Assembly: GCA_028821265.1 (NCBI GenBank)
Contig: JAPPGU010000033.1
Coordinates: forward strand, 11,437-75,436
DNA: 64,000 bases
From: a bacterium
GTDB taxonomy: Bacteria; Actinomycetota; Acidimicrobiia; Spongiisociales; Spongiisociaceae
Direction of reading: 5' to 3'
A program made the translations under genes and the position numbers. The notes under the pieces are model-generated. The model was not told the origin of the DNA and ran no database searches. It saw only the letters and a list, made by a program, of their open reading frames with translations. Position 1 is the stretch's first letter, and each line of letters opens with the position of its first letter. Positions 34,389-44,140 of this stretch are shown in pieces.

Positions 34389-34817
34389 TCAGGATCGGGC
34401 GTCGAGACAATCCGGCTGTGCTCGGCTCTCCGCCCAGCGCAGGATCTTGCGATCTGAGGTGACCAACCGGCGCCCGGTGAGAATGGCAGCCGCGGTGATG
34501 AGTTGGTCGGCCGGGTCGGCATGAAAGCCGTCCCGTCTCTCCAGAGAGCCCGCCAGGATCGACATCTCCGATGTCACGGGTATCTCATGCAGACCCTGGT
34601 CCAGTAGGCTGCGGAGCCATAGGCCGGGATCTTTCCTGAGGTCGATCCTCCCCTCCCAGTGGAGCCGTGCTATCTCGAGCATCGAGACGGATGAGAACCT
34701 CAGGGAGCCGCCCGAAGCGGCATCTTCGATGGCGGTCCTAGCCCTAGGTCCCAGGCTCGGGCTGTCTCGCGACATCCAGAGCAACGCATCCGTATCGAGG
34801 ATGAGGTTCACACTCAA
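34389..34817 (-). CDS. vapC: type II toxin-antitoxin system VapC-family PIN-domain toxin
   Basis: 142 aa. LILDTDALLW, MLEIARL, DPADQLITAAA and LVTSD supply the four acidic PIN residues. Confidence 0.85.
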   Translation of the reverse strand: MSVNLILDTDALLWMSRDSPSLGPRARTAIEDAASGGSLRFSSVSMLEIARLHWEGRIDLRKDPGLWLRSLLDQGLHEIPVTSEMSILAGSLERRDGFHADPADQLITAAAILTGRRLVTSDRKILRWAESRAQPDCLDARS

Positions 34818-35104
34818 CGCTGGTCGTTGCTTGGAAGGCCGGTCAGGACTCGTTCAGGGTCGGAGACGACATGCCAGTCCTCAGGTGGCACGGCCGGCTC
34901 GGTCAAATCGGTGCCGATGCGGATATCGTCGCTCCACCCGATGACGCTTGCCTCGGATGACGCTACCGCCGGCACTACGGCTGCGACGGGTCGTCCGTGC
35001 TTGGTGACAATGAGTTTCTCACCCGTGGCGTGGACCTCGTCCAGCAGTTTCAGGCATCGGTCACGAAACTGGGCAGCGGGGATGGTTCGGGTGCTGGCCC
35101 CCAT
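34814..35104 (-). CDS. Phd/YefM-type antitoxin
   Basis: From MGASTRTIPAAQFRDRCLKLLDEVHATGEKLIVTKHGRPVAAVVP. The stop overlaps the vapC start. GGAGGG SD lies 7 nt upstream of ATG 35104. Confidence 0.8.
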   Translation of the reverse strand: MGASTRTIPAAQFRDRCLKLLDEVHATGEKLIVTKHGRPVAAVVPAVASSEASVIGWSDDIRIGTDLTEPAVPPEDWHVVSDPERVLTGLPSNDQR

Positions 35105-35135
35105 ACAGTTCCCTCCAAGAAGTATTGTACAGAAG

Positions 35136-35141
35136 ATTATA
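35136..35141 (-). promoter_or_regulatory. perfect TATAAT -10 box upstream of the antitoxin gene, followed by a TGTACA palindrome
   Basis: The minus strand reads tggcTATAATcttcTGTACAatacttcttGGAGGgaactgtATG. The region is AT-rich relative to its surroundings. Confidence 0.5.
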
Positions 35142-35295
35142 GCCACTTCGTACCGTATGCGGCATCCGTACGCCTTGGGTGGTAACGCTCAGATGTCGCT
35201 TGCGGACAGCCATTCTCCGTATCGGCCCACATGGTGACGATGCGGGGGATGGAGGAGCGAAGTTGGCGCTACCGCAAAGGGCCATCCTCATACCC

Positions 35296-35946
35296 TCATT
35301 GCCGTTGCGTCAGCGTCAGGAGCCACTCGTCAGCAGCCCTCGGCGAGCGCAGGTGGATCAGGTCCAGATGAGCATGGTCCGGATGGGCCAGGGCCGCTGG
35401 TATCGACCGGCGTCGCCGCCAGTGGGTCTGCAATGCCCAGAGGAATAACGACTGACGGCTGAAGAAGTGCCACCATATCTGTTCCCTATTGCCGTGCCAC
35501 AGCTCTTCCCGGAGGACGCCGCGACGCATTGTCCTCCAAAACAACCTCCACAGGACCACGCGTATCGGGTAGTCCAGCCATATCAGCGTGGTTGCCTTGG
35601 GCCAGACGACATCCCGGGCGAGGCTGTAGTTTCCGTCTCCGACCCACCGGTCACCCCGCAACTGCTGCCGTAACCGCTCTCTGAACACTTCGTCGGGTGT
35701 CTCCGTCCAATCCGGCCCATGGCGGATGGCGTCGAACTCGATGTGATCCATGCCGAGCGCTTGAGCAATCGTCTTTGCCATCGTTGTCTTGCCCGCGCCC
35801 GTAGTACCGACCAGGACAAGGCGGTCGTTATTCCGAGGAAGGCCTTCAGCGTCAGAGCCTTGCGAGTCGATCATGTCTTTGAGCGCCCGGAGGCGAGACC
35901 CGGCCGTGTCCAATTTCGATGCGGACTCGCGGCGCACACGGGCCAA
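35296..35946 (-). CDS. P-loop NTPase, adenylate-kinase/FlaR-like small kinase
   Basis: Walker A VLVGTTGAGKTT, then DGNY and WLDYP, typical of the AAA_17/topology-modulation-like kinase family. The true start may be the internal MIDSQG (35874). Confidence 0.65.
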   Translation of the reverse strand: MARVRRESASKLDTAGSRLRALKDMIDSQGSDAEGLPRNNDRLVLVGTTGAGKTTMAKTIAQALGMDHIEFDAIRHGPDWTETPDEVFRERLRQQLRGDRWVGDGNYSLARDVVWPKATTLIWLDYPIRVVLWRLFWRTMRRGVLREELWHGNREQIWWHFFSRQSLFLWALQTHWRRRRSIPAALAHPDHAHLDLIHLRSPRAADEWLLTLTQRQ

Positions 35947-35950
35947 GCAG

Positions 35951-37537
35951 CTAGCGCTGCTTACGGGCGATCTGGCCCCGGCGGGCCCGGGTGGGACCCC
36001 CCGGGTCTACCGCGACCGCACCGCCGACGATTACCCAGTCGATCCCGGAGGGTGAGAGCTCGGGCTGGTCATATGTCGCCCGGTCGATCACCCTGTCCGG
36101 GTCGAAGGCGACCAGGTCGGCTCGCTGTCCCGGTGCGATCTCACCTCGGTCGTCCAGCCCGACCCGCCGTGCTGCCCGGAACGAGAGCCGGGCGATGGCT
36201 TCGCGTACTGTGACGACGCCATCCCTGATGGCGTAACCGCCCAAGAACCGGGGTGCGGTGCCCCACAGCCTCGGGTGGGGGGTGGCGGCGAAGACCGCGT
36301 CGCTGCCCACCAGCATGGCCGGGTGCCGGGCGATGGCCTTGACGACGGATTCGTCGGCGTAATGGAGGATGACCAGCGCGCTCATCCCGGTTTCCAGCAA
36401 GAGGTCGATGACCACCCGTTCGGGCTCGACTCCACGGGCGGAGGCGATCTCGGCCAGCGTGCGCCCCATTGCGTCGCCGGGGCCGTCGAGCCCGCAGTCG
36501 ATCACGACGATGCCCTCCGGGCCGCACTGGTAGTAGAAGCTCTCCGGGCCCGCGTCCGGGTCTCCGAGCGCCTGGAGCAGACGGTCCACCGTAGGGCGGT
36601 CCCGCAAACGAGCTGTCATCTGGTTGACGCCCCCGTCATGTGCCCACGGGGGCAGCAGGGCGGACAGCAGGGTCACACCGGCGCCGTACGGGTACTGGTC
36701 GAAGGTGACATCGACCCCGTCCGCCGGCGCCCTGTCGATCATTTCGAGCAGCGGTTCCAGCTTCCAGGCGTTGCGATGCCCAAGCACTTTCAAATGGGAG
36801 AGGTGAAGGGGCGCACCACTCCGTCGTGACACGTCGATCATCTCCTCGACCGCCTCCAGCAGGTTGTGGCTCTCGCCCCGCATGTGGACGGAGATCAGCC
36901 CGCCGAACCGGCCCGCCTCGGTGGCGACGGCCACGACCTCGTCGCGGTTCGCGTACGCGCCCGGGGTGTACACGAGGCCGAAAGAGATTCCCCACGCGCC
37001 CGCCTCCATGCCTCGGGCCACCTGGCGCCGCATGGCACGCAGCTCGTCGGCGCCGGGTGCCCGCTGGGCACCCCCCAACACGGCGTCACGCACGGCACCA
37101 TGAGGCACGAACGGGCACAGGGTGATGGCGGGACGCGTACCGTCCAGGGCGTCCAGGTACTGGCCGATGGATCGCCAGGGCCACTCGGCAGGGCCTCGAC
37201 CTTCCGACAGAGCCAGCTGTGTCATCCGATCGGCCAGACCCTTGTCCGTTACGGGTGCCGGACCCATCCCGTCAGGGTTGATCAGCTCCGTAGTGAAGCC
37301 CTGGAGAAGCTTCGGCGTGAGGATCGGATCCTCGAAGGTACGCAGAGCGCTGTGGGCGTGCATGTCCACGAATCCGGGCGCCAGGCACAGTCCCCCGAGG
37401 TCGATGGTCCGGGCCGCTTCGTGCTGGAGTCCTGGGCCCACCGCTACCATGACGCCGTTGTCGATTGCGACATCTCCCGGCCGAGGCTCGGCGTCGCCGG
37501 GGTAGATCGTCGCATTCCGCAGGAGAAGGTCGACCAT
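35951..37537 (-). CDS. N-acyl-D-amino-acid deacylase (D-aminoacylase)-family amidohydrolase
   Basis: 528 aa. MVDLLLRNATIYPG...IDNGVMVAVG...LAPGFVDMHAHS, later SVHMRGE, LHLSHLKV and VGSDAV. The layout is typical of D-aminoacylases. Confidence 0.8.
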   Translation of the reverse strand: MVDLLLRNATIYPGDAEPRPGDVAIDNGVMVAVGPGLQHEAARTIDLGGLCLAPGFVDMHAHSALRTFEDPILTPKLLQGFTTELINPDGMGPAPVTDKGLADRMTQLALSEGRGPAEWPWRSIGQYLDALDGTRPAITLCPFVPHGAVRDAVLGGAQRAPGADELRAMRRQVARGMEAGAWGISFGLVYTPGAYANRDEVVAVATEAGRFGGLISVHMRGESHNLLEAVEEMIDVSRRSGAPLHLSHLKVLGHRNAWKLEPLLEMIDRAPADGVDVTFDQYPYGAGVTLLSALLPPWAHDGGVNQMTARLRDRPTVDRLLQALGDPDAGPESFYYQCGPEGIVVIDCGLDGPGDAMGRTLAEIASARGVEPERVVIDLLLETGMSALVILHYADESVVKAIARHPAMLVGSDAVFAATPHPRLWGTAPRFLGGYAIRDGVVTVREAIARLSFRAARRVGLDDRGEIAPGQRADLVAFDPDRVIDRATYDQPELSPSGIDWVIVGGAVAVDPGGPTRARRGQIARKQR

Positions 37538-39143
37538 GCACCGAGCCTACCCCGGGGAGAGGTCCGCGATTACCGGCGCCGATGCACTGATCGAATCGCT
37601 CCGGGTGAACGGCGTCCGGCACGTCTTCGGCATTCCGAGCACCCACACGCTCGAGATCTACCGCGCGCTGGGCAGGGCACCTGACATCGCGCACATCACC
37701 ACCACCCATGAGCAGGGTGCAGCCTTCATGGCGGATGGTTACGCCCGGGTGACCGGCAGCCCGGGGGTGTGCCTCATTACCACCGGGCCGGGCGTTACCA
37801 ATGCGGCAACCGCGATCGCCGAAGCCTATTCCGACTCCGTTCCGGTGTTCTGCATTACCGCCCACATCCCGAGCGAGGATATCGGGCGCGGCAGGGGTCA
37901 CTCGCACGAACTCCGTTCCCAGGAGAGCGTCCTGGAGGGCATCTCCGACAGGCCTCGGCTCGTGCTCTCGCCTGACGAGGTGGCTCAGGCGGTGTGCGAC
38001 GCGTTCCGGCGGTTCAGGACCGAGCGACCCCGGCCGGTGTGCCTGGCCATTCCCGTGGACGTGCAGGAGGCGGCGACCTCCGCCCCTGTTCCGGCCGCAC
38101 CCGCCGAGGATCCACCCGCTCCGGACGGGGACGCGGTTGGCAGGGCCTGCCGGCTGCTCGGTTCGGCCGCGGCGCCCGCCATCGTGGCAGGTGGCGGTGC
38201 TCAAGGGGCGGTCGAGGAGGTGTTGGCGATTGCCGAGCGACTTGACGCGCCCGTCGCAACCACGCTCAACGGGAAGGGGGTGGTCCCGGGCGGTCATCCT
38301 CTGGAGGCTTCGCTGGTTGTCTACAGCGCGGTGGCGCGTTTCCTCGAAGGGTGTGACGTGGTGCTGGCCGTGGGCACGGAGCTGAGCCCGGCGGACTTCT
38401 GGCTGGGCCCGCTGCAACTGGGTGGGAAGCTGGTACAGATCGACATCGACCGAGACCAGATCGGACGCAACCACCCGGTGGACGCGGCGGTGGTGGGGGA
38501 GGCCGGGACGGCGTTGGCGATGATGCTCGACTCCGTTGCGGGTTCGAGCCCCCGGGCTGGTGCTGCCCGTGCCGCCCATGTACGCGACGCGGCGGAGAAG
38601 GAGGCGTTGGTAATGGGCCGGACCTACCTTCCCTGGATCCGAGCCCTGCGGTCGGCTATGCCCGAGGAGTCCTCCCTCGCCCTGGATGTGGCGATGGTGG
38701 CCGGATTCGGCGCTTTCCCCTTCTACGACCTTCCCGGACCGCGGACATGGATCAACCCGTCCGGTCTGGCCACTCTGGGATACGCGTTGCCCGCGGCGAT
38801 CGGCGCCAAGATCGCCCGGCCCGACAGAGCAGTGGCCGCGCTGGTGGGGGACGGCGGGTTCATGTTCACAATGTCCGAGCTGATGGTGGCCGCGCAACAC
38901 CGGCTGGCGCTCCCGGTGGTCATCTGGAACGACCGGGCCTTCGGAGAGATAAGCCGCCTGATGCGGGAACGAGGGTTCGAGCCGTTCGCCACCGACCTGG
39001 CGGTCCCGGACCTGGCAACCCTGGCCTCCGCTTACGGAGCGGCATGGGCGCGCGCGGACGAGCCCCCCGATCTGGCGGACGCGGTGGAGGTTGCCCTGGC
39101 AGCCGACGGCCCGACCCTGATCGAGGTGCCCGCATGGTCATAA
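37536..39143 (+). CDS. thiamine-diphosphate enzyme, acetolactate-synthase-large-subunit-like, copy 1
   Basis: 535 aa. GADALIESLRVNGVRHVFGIPS, HEQGAAFMADGYARVTG, TTGPGVTNA and ThDP motif GDGGFMFTMSEL...VIWNDRAFG. Confidence 0.88.
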   Translation: MHRAYPGERSAITGADALIESLRVNGVRHVFGIPSTHTLEIYRALGRAPDIAHITTTHEQGAAFMADGYARVTGSPGVCLITTGPGVTNAATAIAEAYSDSVPVFCITAHIPSEDIGRGRGHSHELRSQESVLEGISDRPRLVLSPDEVAQAVCDAFRRFRTERPRPVCLAIPVDVQEAATSAPVPAAPAEDPPAPDGDAVGRACRLLGSAAAPAIVAGGGAQGAVEEVLAIAERLDAPVATTLNGKGVVPGGHPLEASLVVYSAVARFLEGCDVVLAVGTELSPADFWLGPLQLGGKLVQIDIDRDQIGRNHPVDAAVVGEAGTALAMMLDSVAGSSPRAGAARAAHVRDAAEKEALVMGRTYLPWIRALRSAMPEESSLALDVAMVAGFGAFPFYDLPGPRTWINPSGLATLGYALPAAIGAKIARPDRAVAALVGDGGFMFTMSELMVAAQHRLALPVVIWNDRAFGEISRLMRERGFEPFATDLAVPDLATLASAYGAAWARADEPPDLADAVEVALAADGPTLIEVPAWS

Positions 39144-40303
39144 CGGAGCGGTACCGGTCTCTCTTCCCGATCACCGAGACCCGCGCCTACCTCTTCGCCG
39201 GGGGTCTTGCCCCGGCCGCGATCCCGGTCAAGACGGCCCTCGACCGGTGGTCCGATCGGTGGATGTTCGATCCGGCGTATCACAGGGCGCGTTACTTCGA
39301 CGAGTGGGAGATGCTCAAGGCCCGGCTGGCGACCGTGCTGGGTGCTGATCCCGGCGAGATAGCCATCGTCGACAATACCTCTCGGGGGTCCAACCTGGCG
39401 GTCCAGATGATCGAACCGCCTCCCGGCGCCAACATCGTCACGGACCCGACCTCCCATCCGAGCGCCGTCTGGCCCTGGCTGCTGCCCGGCCGCCGCCCGG
39501 TCGAGGTCCGCTCGGTCCCTGACGGACCATCCTCCACCCGCATGATGGAGATCGAGAGCCTCGTGGACGAGAACACCATCGCGGTGCTCGTCTCTCACGT
39601 GGCTCCCCGCACCGGCTTCCGCCACGACCTGCGAAAGCTGGCCGAACTCACCCGCAGTTGTGGTGGTTACCTCATCGTCGACGCCGCCCAGTCGGCGGGC
39701 GCCGTTCCCATCGAGGCCGAGGCTGCCGGTGTCGACTTCATCAGCGGCACGCTGATGAAGTGGTTGCTCGGTCCGCCCGGGCTGGGATACCTCTACGCAC
39801 GCCGGGAGCACATCGAGTCTTTGGCGCCGCCCCACGTCGGCTACGTGGGTACCTACCAGGACGGCGGACCGGACGAGCCCGGCAACCTCTCGTACCGGCC
39901 CGGTGCGGCGCGCCACGAGATCGGTCTCGCGGATCTGCCGGGCATCGCGGCGGCGCGCAGGGGATTGGACATCATCCTCGAGGCGGGCATACGGGATATC
40001 GAACGGCATGTCCTGGAGCTGACCGGGCAGATGATCGACGGGTTGGTTGAACGGGGAATCCATATGCTGACCCCGGCGAGCCCGGCCGAGCGGGGCGGGG
40101 TGGTGAGCTTTCACTTCGACGGAGCGGTGCCGTTGTGCCGCCATCTGCGGAGGCTGGGCGTGGATGTATGGGGATATCCCGAGGACGACCGGGTCCGTGC
40201 CGACCCCCACCTCTACAACACTCCCGGCGACGTGGACCGCCTTCTCGAGGGAATCGACGCGTACCGGCGTGCGCCTGGCTCTGCCCGGACGTCGGCGGGG
40301 TAG
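39134..40303 (+). CDS. class V PLP aminotransferase-fold protein (cysteine-desulfurase/epimerase-like)
   Basis: From MVITERYRSLFP: VDAAQSAGAVPI and DFISGTLMKWLLGPPGLGYLY (PLP Lys). ATG 39134 overlaps the stop of the ThDP gene. Confidence 0.8.
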   Translation: MVITERYRSLFPITETRAYLFAGGLAPAAIPVKTALDRWSDRWMFDPAYHRARYFDEWEMLKARLATVLGADPGEIAIVDNTSRGSNLAVQMIEPPPGANIVTDPTSHPSAVWPWLLPGRRPVEVRSVPDGPSSTRMMEIESLVDENTIAVLVSHVAPRTGFRHDLRKLAELTRSCGGYLIVDAAQSAGAVPIEAEAAGVDFISGTLMKWLLGPPGLGYLYARREHIESLAPPHVGYVGTYQDGGPDEPGNLSYRPGAARHEIGLADLPGIAAARRGLDIILEAGIRDIERHVLELTGQMIDGLVERGIHMLTPASPAERGGVVSFHFDGAVPLCRHLRRLGVDVWGYPEDDRVRADPHLYNTPGDVDRLLEGIDAYRRAPGSARTSAG

Positions 40304-40306
40304 ACG

Positions 40307-41050
40307 GTGGACTTGGACGGGCGGGTGGCGCTGGTGACCGGCGGCGGCACCGGTCTCGGTCGAGCAACGTCCCTCGAGTTGGCCAGGGCCGGCGTCTCGG
40401 TAGCGGTCAACTACTCGAGGTCGTGTCCAGAGGCGGAGCGGGTCGCCCGGCAGATCAGCGACCACGGAGGGACCGCCCTGGCGGTCCGGGCAGACATCAC
40501 CGACGATTCGGCGGTTTCTTCGATGGTGGCGTCGGTCGAGGCGGAGTTGGGACCGGTGAGCATCCTCGTAAACAATGCGGGCACCACCCGCTACGTTCCG
40601 TTCCCCGACCTGGGGGCGGTTACCGCGGAGGAGTGGCGGCGGATCATGGATGTCAACGTCACGGGTGCGTTCCTGTGCTCCCGGGCGGTGGCGCCCGGGA
40701 TGCGATCCAGGGGTGCGGGCAAGATCATCAACGTGGCCTCCAATTCCGCTTTCACCAGCGCGGGTAGCTCCATCCCCTACGTGGTGTCGAAGGCTGCGCT
40801 GGTGTCGCTCACCCGCTGCCTGGCCCGGGCGCTGGCGCCCGAGGTGCAGGTCAACGCCATCGCGCCGGGTTGGATGCTCACCGAATGGATAGACCGCCAC
40901 GTGCCTCCCGACCGCGCCCGAGAGCTCCGGTCAGGTGCGGTGCCTGTAATACCGGTGGAGGACGTGGTCCGGTCCCTTGTGGGGCTGCTGGCCAACGACT
41001 CGATCACGGGCGAGGTCGCGGTGGTGGATCGCGGGGAGATGCTCGGCTAG
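40307..41050 (+). CDS. short-chain dehydrogenase/reductase (FabG-like)
   Basis: 247 aa. VALVTGGGTGLGRA, NNAG and YVVSKAA (YxxxK). GTG start 4 nt after the previous stop. Confidence 0.9.
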   Translation: MDLDGRVALVTGGGTGLGRATSLELARAGVSVAVNYSRSCPEAERVARQISDHGGTALAVRADITDDSAVSSMVASVEAELGPVSILVNNAGTTRYVPFPDLGAVTAEEWRRIMDVNVTGAFLCSRAVAPGMRSRGAGKIINVASNSAFTSAGSSIPYVVSKAALVSLTRCLARALAPEVQVNAIAPGWMLTEWIDRHVPPDRARELRSGAVPVIPVEDVVRSLVGLLANDSITGEVAVVDRGEMLG

Positions 41051-41059
41051 AGGATGGGG

Positions 41060-42163
41060 CTAGTCGGGTAGTTCTTGATCGGGGGAGGAGACCCTCGAAC
41101 CGGTGAGAGCCACCAACGTCTCCCTACGTTCGGGGGAGTCCTCCACCGCCTCGGGGAAGTGGCACGCCACCACGCCGGAAGCGCCATGGTCTTGCACCTG
41201 CGCCAGAGGGGGTGCTTGGGTGGTGCAGATCTCCGGGTCTCCCAGTTTTCGCCGGAGCCAGCATCGGGTGTTGAAGCGACAGCCCGTGGGAGGATCGGCC
41301 GGGCTGGGTACATCGCCCTCCAACACGATACGTCGCCGGGTCGCTTCGGCCTCGGTGTCGGGAATGGGCGCCGACGACAGCAGCGCCACCGTGTACGGGT
41401 GGAGCGGTCGCCGGTACAGGTCCTCTGTGGGTCGCAGCTCGACGATCTTTCCCAGGTACATGACCGCCACCCGGTCGGTCACCTGCCGTACGAGGGCGAG
41501 ATCGTGCGCGATGACCAGATAGGTCAGGTGGAATTCCTGCTGGAGGTCGCTGAGCAGGTTGAGGATCTGGGCGCGGATACTGACGTCGAGAGCGCTGACG
41601 GGCTCGTCGGCGATGATCAGGTCCGGTCGAAGGGCCATGGCCCGGGCGATGGCGATTCGCTGACGCTGGCCTCCGCTGAACGCATGCGGGTAGCGGCCCG
41701 CCGCGTCAGGTGGTAACCCGACGGTGTCGAGCAGCTCGCCAACCCTCTCCCGGCGCTCCGATGCGGTCCCCTGGCGATGGATGACGAGCGGCTCGGCGAT
41801 TATCCGCGCCACCGTACGCTTCGGGTTGAGGCTGGAGAACGGATCCTGAAACACCGGCTGCATCCGGCGTCGCATCAGCCGGAGTTCTCTACGCGAGACG
41901 GTTGACAGGTCGACGCCGTCGAAGAGGATGCGTCCCTCCGTCGGGTCCAGGAGTTTGAGGACGGCTCGGGCGGTGGTTGTCTTGCCGCATCCCGACTCAC
42001 CCACGAGACCCAGGGTCTCTCCGCGCTGGACCGTGAACGTAATCCCGTCCACCGCCTTGATGGAGCCGCCGGTCTTGGTAGACGATCCCCGCCCGGCCGG
42101 AAACCAGACCCGCAGGTCCTGGACCTCGACCAAGACCGGGCTCACAACCTGCTCGGTGCTCAT
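41060..42163 (-). CDS. peptide/nickel-type ABC transporter ATP-binding protein (OppF/DppF-like)
   Basis: 367 aa. Walker [10 protein letters not shown], signature FSGGQRQR, Walker B LIIADEP. C-terminal oligopeptide-ABC extension with CRFNTRC. Confidence 0.92.
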   Translation of the reverse strand: MSTEQVVSPVLVEVQDLRVWFPAGRGSSTKTGGSIKAVDGITFTVQRGETLGLVGESGCGKTTTARAVLKLLDPTEGRILFDGVDLSTVSRRELRLMRRRMQPVFQDPFSSLNPKRTVARIIAEPLVIHRQGTASERRERVGELLDTVGLPPDAAGRYPHAFSGGQRQRIAIARAMALRPDLIIADEPVSALDVSIRAQILNLLSDLQQEFHLTYLVIAHDLALVRQVTDRVAVMYLGKIVELRPTEDLYRRPLHPYTVALLSSAPIPDTEAEATRRRIVLEGDVPSPADPPTGCRFNTRCWLRRKLGDPEICTTQAPPLAQVQDHGASGVVACHFPEAVEDSPERRETLVALTGSRVSSPDQELPD

Positions 42164-43281
42164 CGGGCTGGTCCGGGTTCGTCTCCCGCCGGATCCGGGG
42201 GGTTCCAGCAGGCGGTCAGGTGGGGGCTCGCCGGTCCGGGAACCTGCTCTCCGTCCTCCTCACGGATCGACGCCATGTCCCAGCCCCGGGCGGCGGCGCG
42301 CCGGGCGGTAGGGATGGTCATCAACGGCGGGTCCTCATCGGCGCATCGATCGATTCTGGAAGGGCACCTGGGAGCGAAGGGGCATCCCCTGACAAGTTGG
42401 GTCGGGTCGGGAGGCTGGCCCTCGATCGTCACGAGCCGTTCTTGGCGGACATCGATCCGGGGTAGGGATCTGTGAAGCGCGACCGTATAGGGATGGGACG
42501 CTCTCGTGAACACGTCCTCGGTGGAGGAGGACTCGACTATGCGCCCCGCGTACATCACCATCACCCGTTGCGTGACGCCGGCCACCACACCCAGATCGTG
42601 GGTGATGAGCAGCATCGTGGTCTCGTGCTCGGAGGTCAGTTCCTGGAGCAACTCCAAGATCTGGGCCTGTACGGTGACGTCGAGGGCGGTGGTCGGCTCG
42701 TCCGCGATCAAGAGTGCGGGCCGGGGCGCCACCGCCATGGCTATGACGGCGCGCTGCCGCATGCCTCCGGAGAACTGGTGGGGGTAGTCGGAGATGCGCT
42801 CCTCCGCGTTGGGAACTCCCACGGTTTCCAGCAGCCGGGCCGCTTCTCTGCGCGCCGCCCTTGCCCCGAGTCCCTTGTGCTTGCTCAGTACCTCGGTGAG
42901 CTGTTTGCCGATCGTCAGCACCGGGTTCAGGGAACTGAAGGGGTCCTGGTAGACGATCCCCACCTGGTCACCCCGCACGGCCCTCAGTTCGCGCTCGTTG
43001 AGCCGCAACAGATCGGCGCCGTCCAGCATCACTCGCCCGGACACATCGGCGTAGTCGGGCAGCAGCCGCACCAGCGCCAGCGCTCCTGCGCTCTTGCCCG
43101 ATCCGCTCTCGCCGACCAGGCCGACGTGTTCGCCTGCCGCCAGGTCGTACGAGACCCCCCGCACCGCCAGCACCGGCGCTCTTGCGCGGAAGGTGACGTC
43201 CAGGTCCCTTACCGACAGCACGGGCCGGTCCGGGCCGGGAGAGGCTGCCCCGGAGCGGGATTCAGCGACCGGGGTCTTCAT
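42160..43281 (-). CDS. peptide/nickel-type ABC transporter ATP-binding protein (OppD/DppD-like)
   Basis: 373 aa. [29 protein letters not shown] and CPFAPRC. Confidence 0.92.
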   Translation of the reverse strand: MKTPVAESRSGAASPGPDRPVLSVRDLDVTFRARAPVLAVRGVSYDLAAGEHVGLVGESGSGKSAGALALVRLLPDYADVSGRVMLDGADLLRLNERELRAVRGDQVGIVYQDPFSSLNPVLTIGKQLTEVLSKHKGLGARAARREAARLLETVGVPNAEERISDYPHQFSGGMRQRAVIAMAVAPRPALLIADEPTTALDVTVQAQILELLQELTSEHETTMLLITHDLGVVAGVTQRVMVMYAGRIVESSSTEDVFTRASHPYTVALHRSLPRIDVRQERLVTIEGQPPDPTQLVRGCPFAPRCPSRIDRCADEDPPLMTIPTARRAAARGWDMASIREEDGEQVPGPASPHLTACWNPPDPAGDEPGPAR

Positions 43282-44140
43282 GGACCGACCGGGTCACGAT
43301 ACCCCCGGCGAAGTTGATGGCCGATACGAACAGCAGCAGAGCGAGGCCGGGGCTGAGGATGAACCACCAGTGGGTGGGGTACTGGAGGGCCTCGCGGATC
43401 ATGTACCCCCACTCGGGGGTCGGTGCCGAGACGCCGAGGCCCAGGAAGCCGAGCGTGGAGCCGGCCAGGATGGCGTAGCCGATGTCGAGGACGAAGATCG
43501 TCTTCATCACCCCGAAGCTATTGGGCAGGACCGTCCACAGCAGGTTCCGCATCGGCCCCGCTCCCAGTGCCCTGGAGGCGGTTACGAACTCGCGTTCCTT
43601 CACCACGATGACCTGGCCCCGGATCAGCCGGGCATAGACCGGCCACCACGCTGCCGCGATCGCGATGATGACGTTGCGGATGGTGGGTCCCAGCGCCGCG
43701 GAGATGAGCAGGGCCAGCATGATGGAGGGGAACGACAGGAAGATGTCGACGATCCGCATCATCACCGCGTCGACCATCCCACCGGCATATCCGGACACTG
43801 CGCCGTAGAGCACCCCTACGGCGCCCGCCGTCAGGAGGACGAAGACGCCGATCACCACCGACACCCGGCCCCCGTAGAGGATACGTGACCACAGGTCGCG
43901 GCCCAGGTTGTCGGTGCCCAGCCAGTGATCGGCACTCGAGCCGGCCAGGGCCGACGGCAGATCCTGGGCGAAAGGATCGGGGGCGATAAGCGGTGCCGCG
44001 GCGATAGCCGTCACCATCACCACGATCACCCCCACGCCGTAGAACTCGAGGAAGGTGCGGGGCCGCAGGGACTCCATGGTCGTGGCGAAGCGGGTGGGCG
44101 CTACCGCCTCTTCCAGGCGGCGGAGCCGGCCTGCGGTCAC
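43262..44140 (-). CDS. ABC transporter permease (DppC/OppC-like)
   Basis: HWLGTDNLGRDLWSRILYG and FVTASRALGAGPMRNLLWTVLPN. GTG 44140 overlaps the upstream permease stop (GTGA); ATG 44077 is the alternative. The long N-terminal extension of the track ORF (to 44986) is rejected. Confidence 0.85.
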   Translation of the reverse strand: MTAGRLRRLEEAVAPTRFATTMESLRPRTFLEFYGVGVIVVMVTAIAAAPLIAPDPFAQDLPSALAGSSADHWLGTDNLGRDLWSRILYGGRVSVVIGVFVLLTAGAVGVLYGAVSGYAGGMVDAVMMRIVDIFLSFPSIMLALLISAALGPTIRNVIIAIAAAWWPVYARLIRGQVIVVKEREFVTASRALGAGPMRNLLWTVLPNSFGVMKTIFVLDIGYAILAGSTLGFLGLGVSAPTPEWGYMIREALQYPTHWWFILSPGLALLLFVSAINFAGGIVTRSVHEDPGR

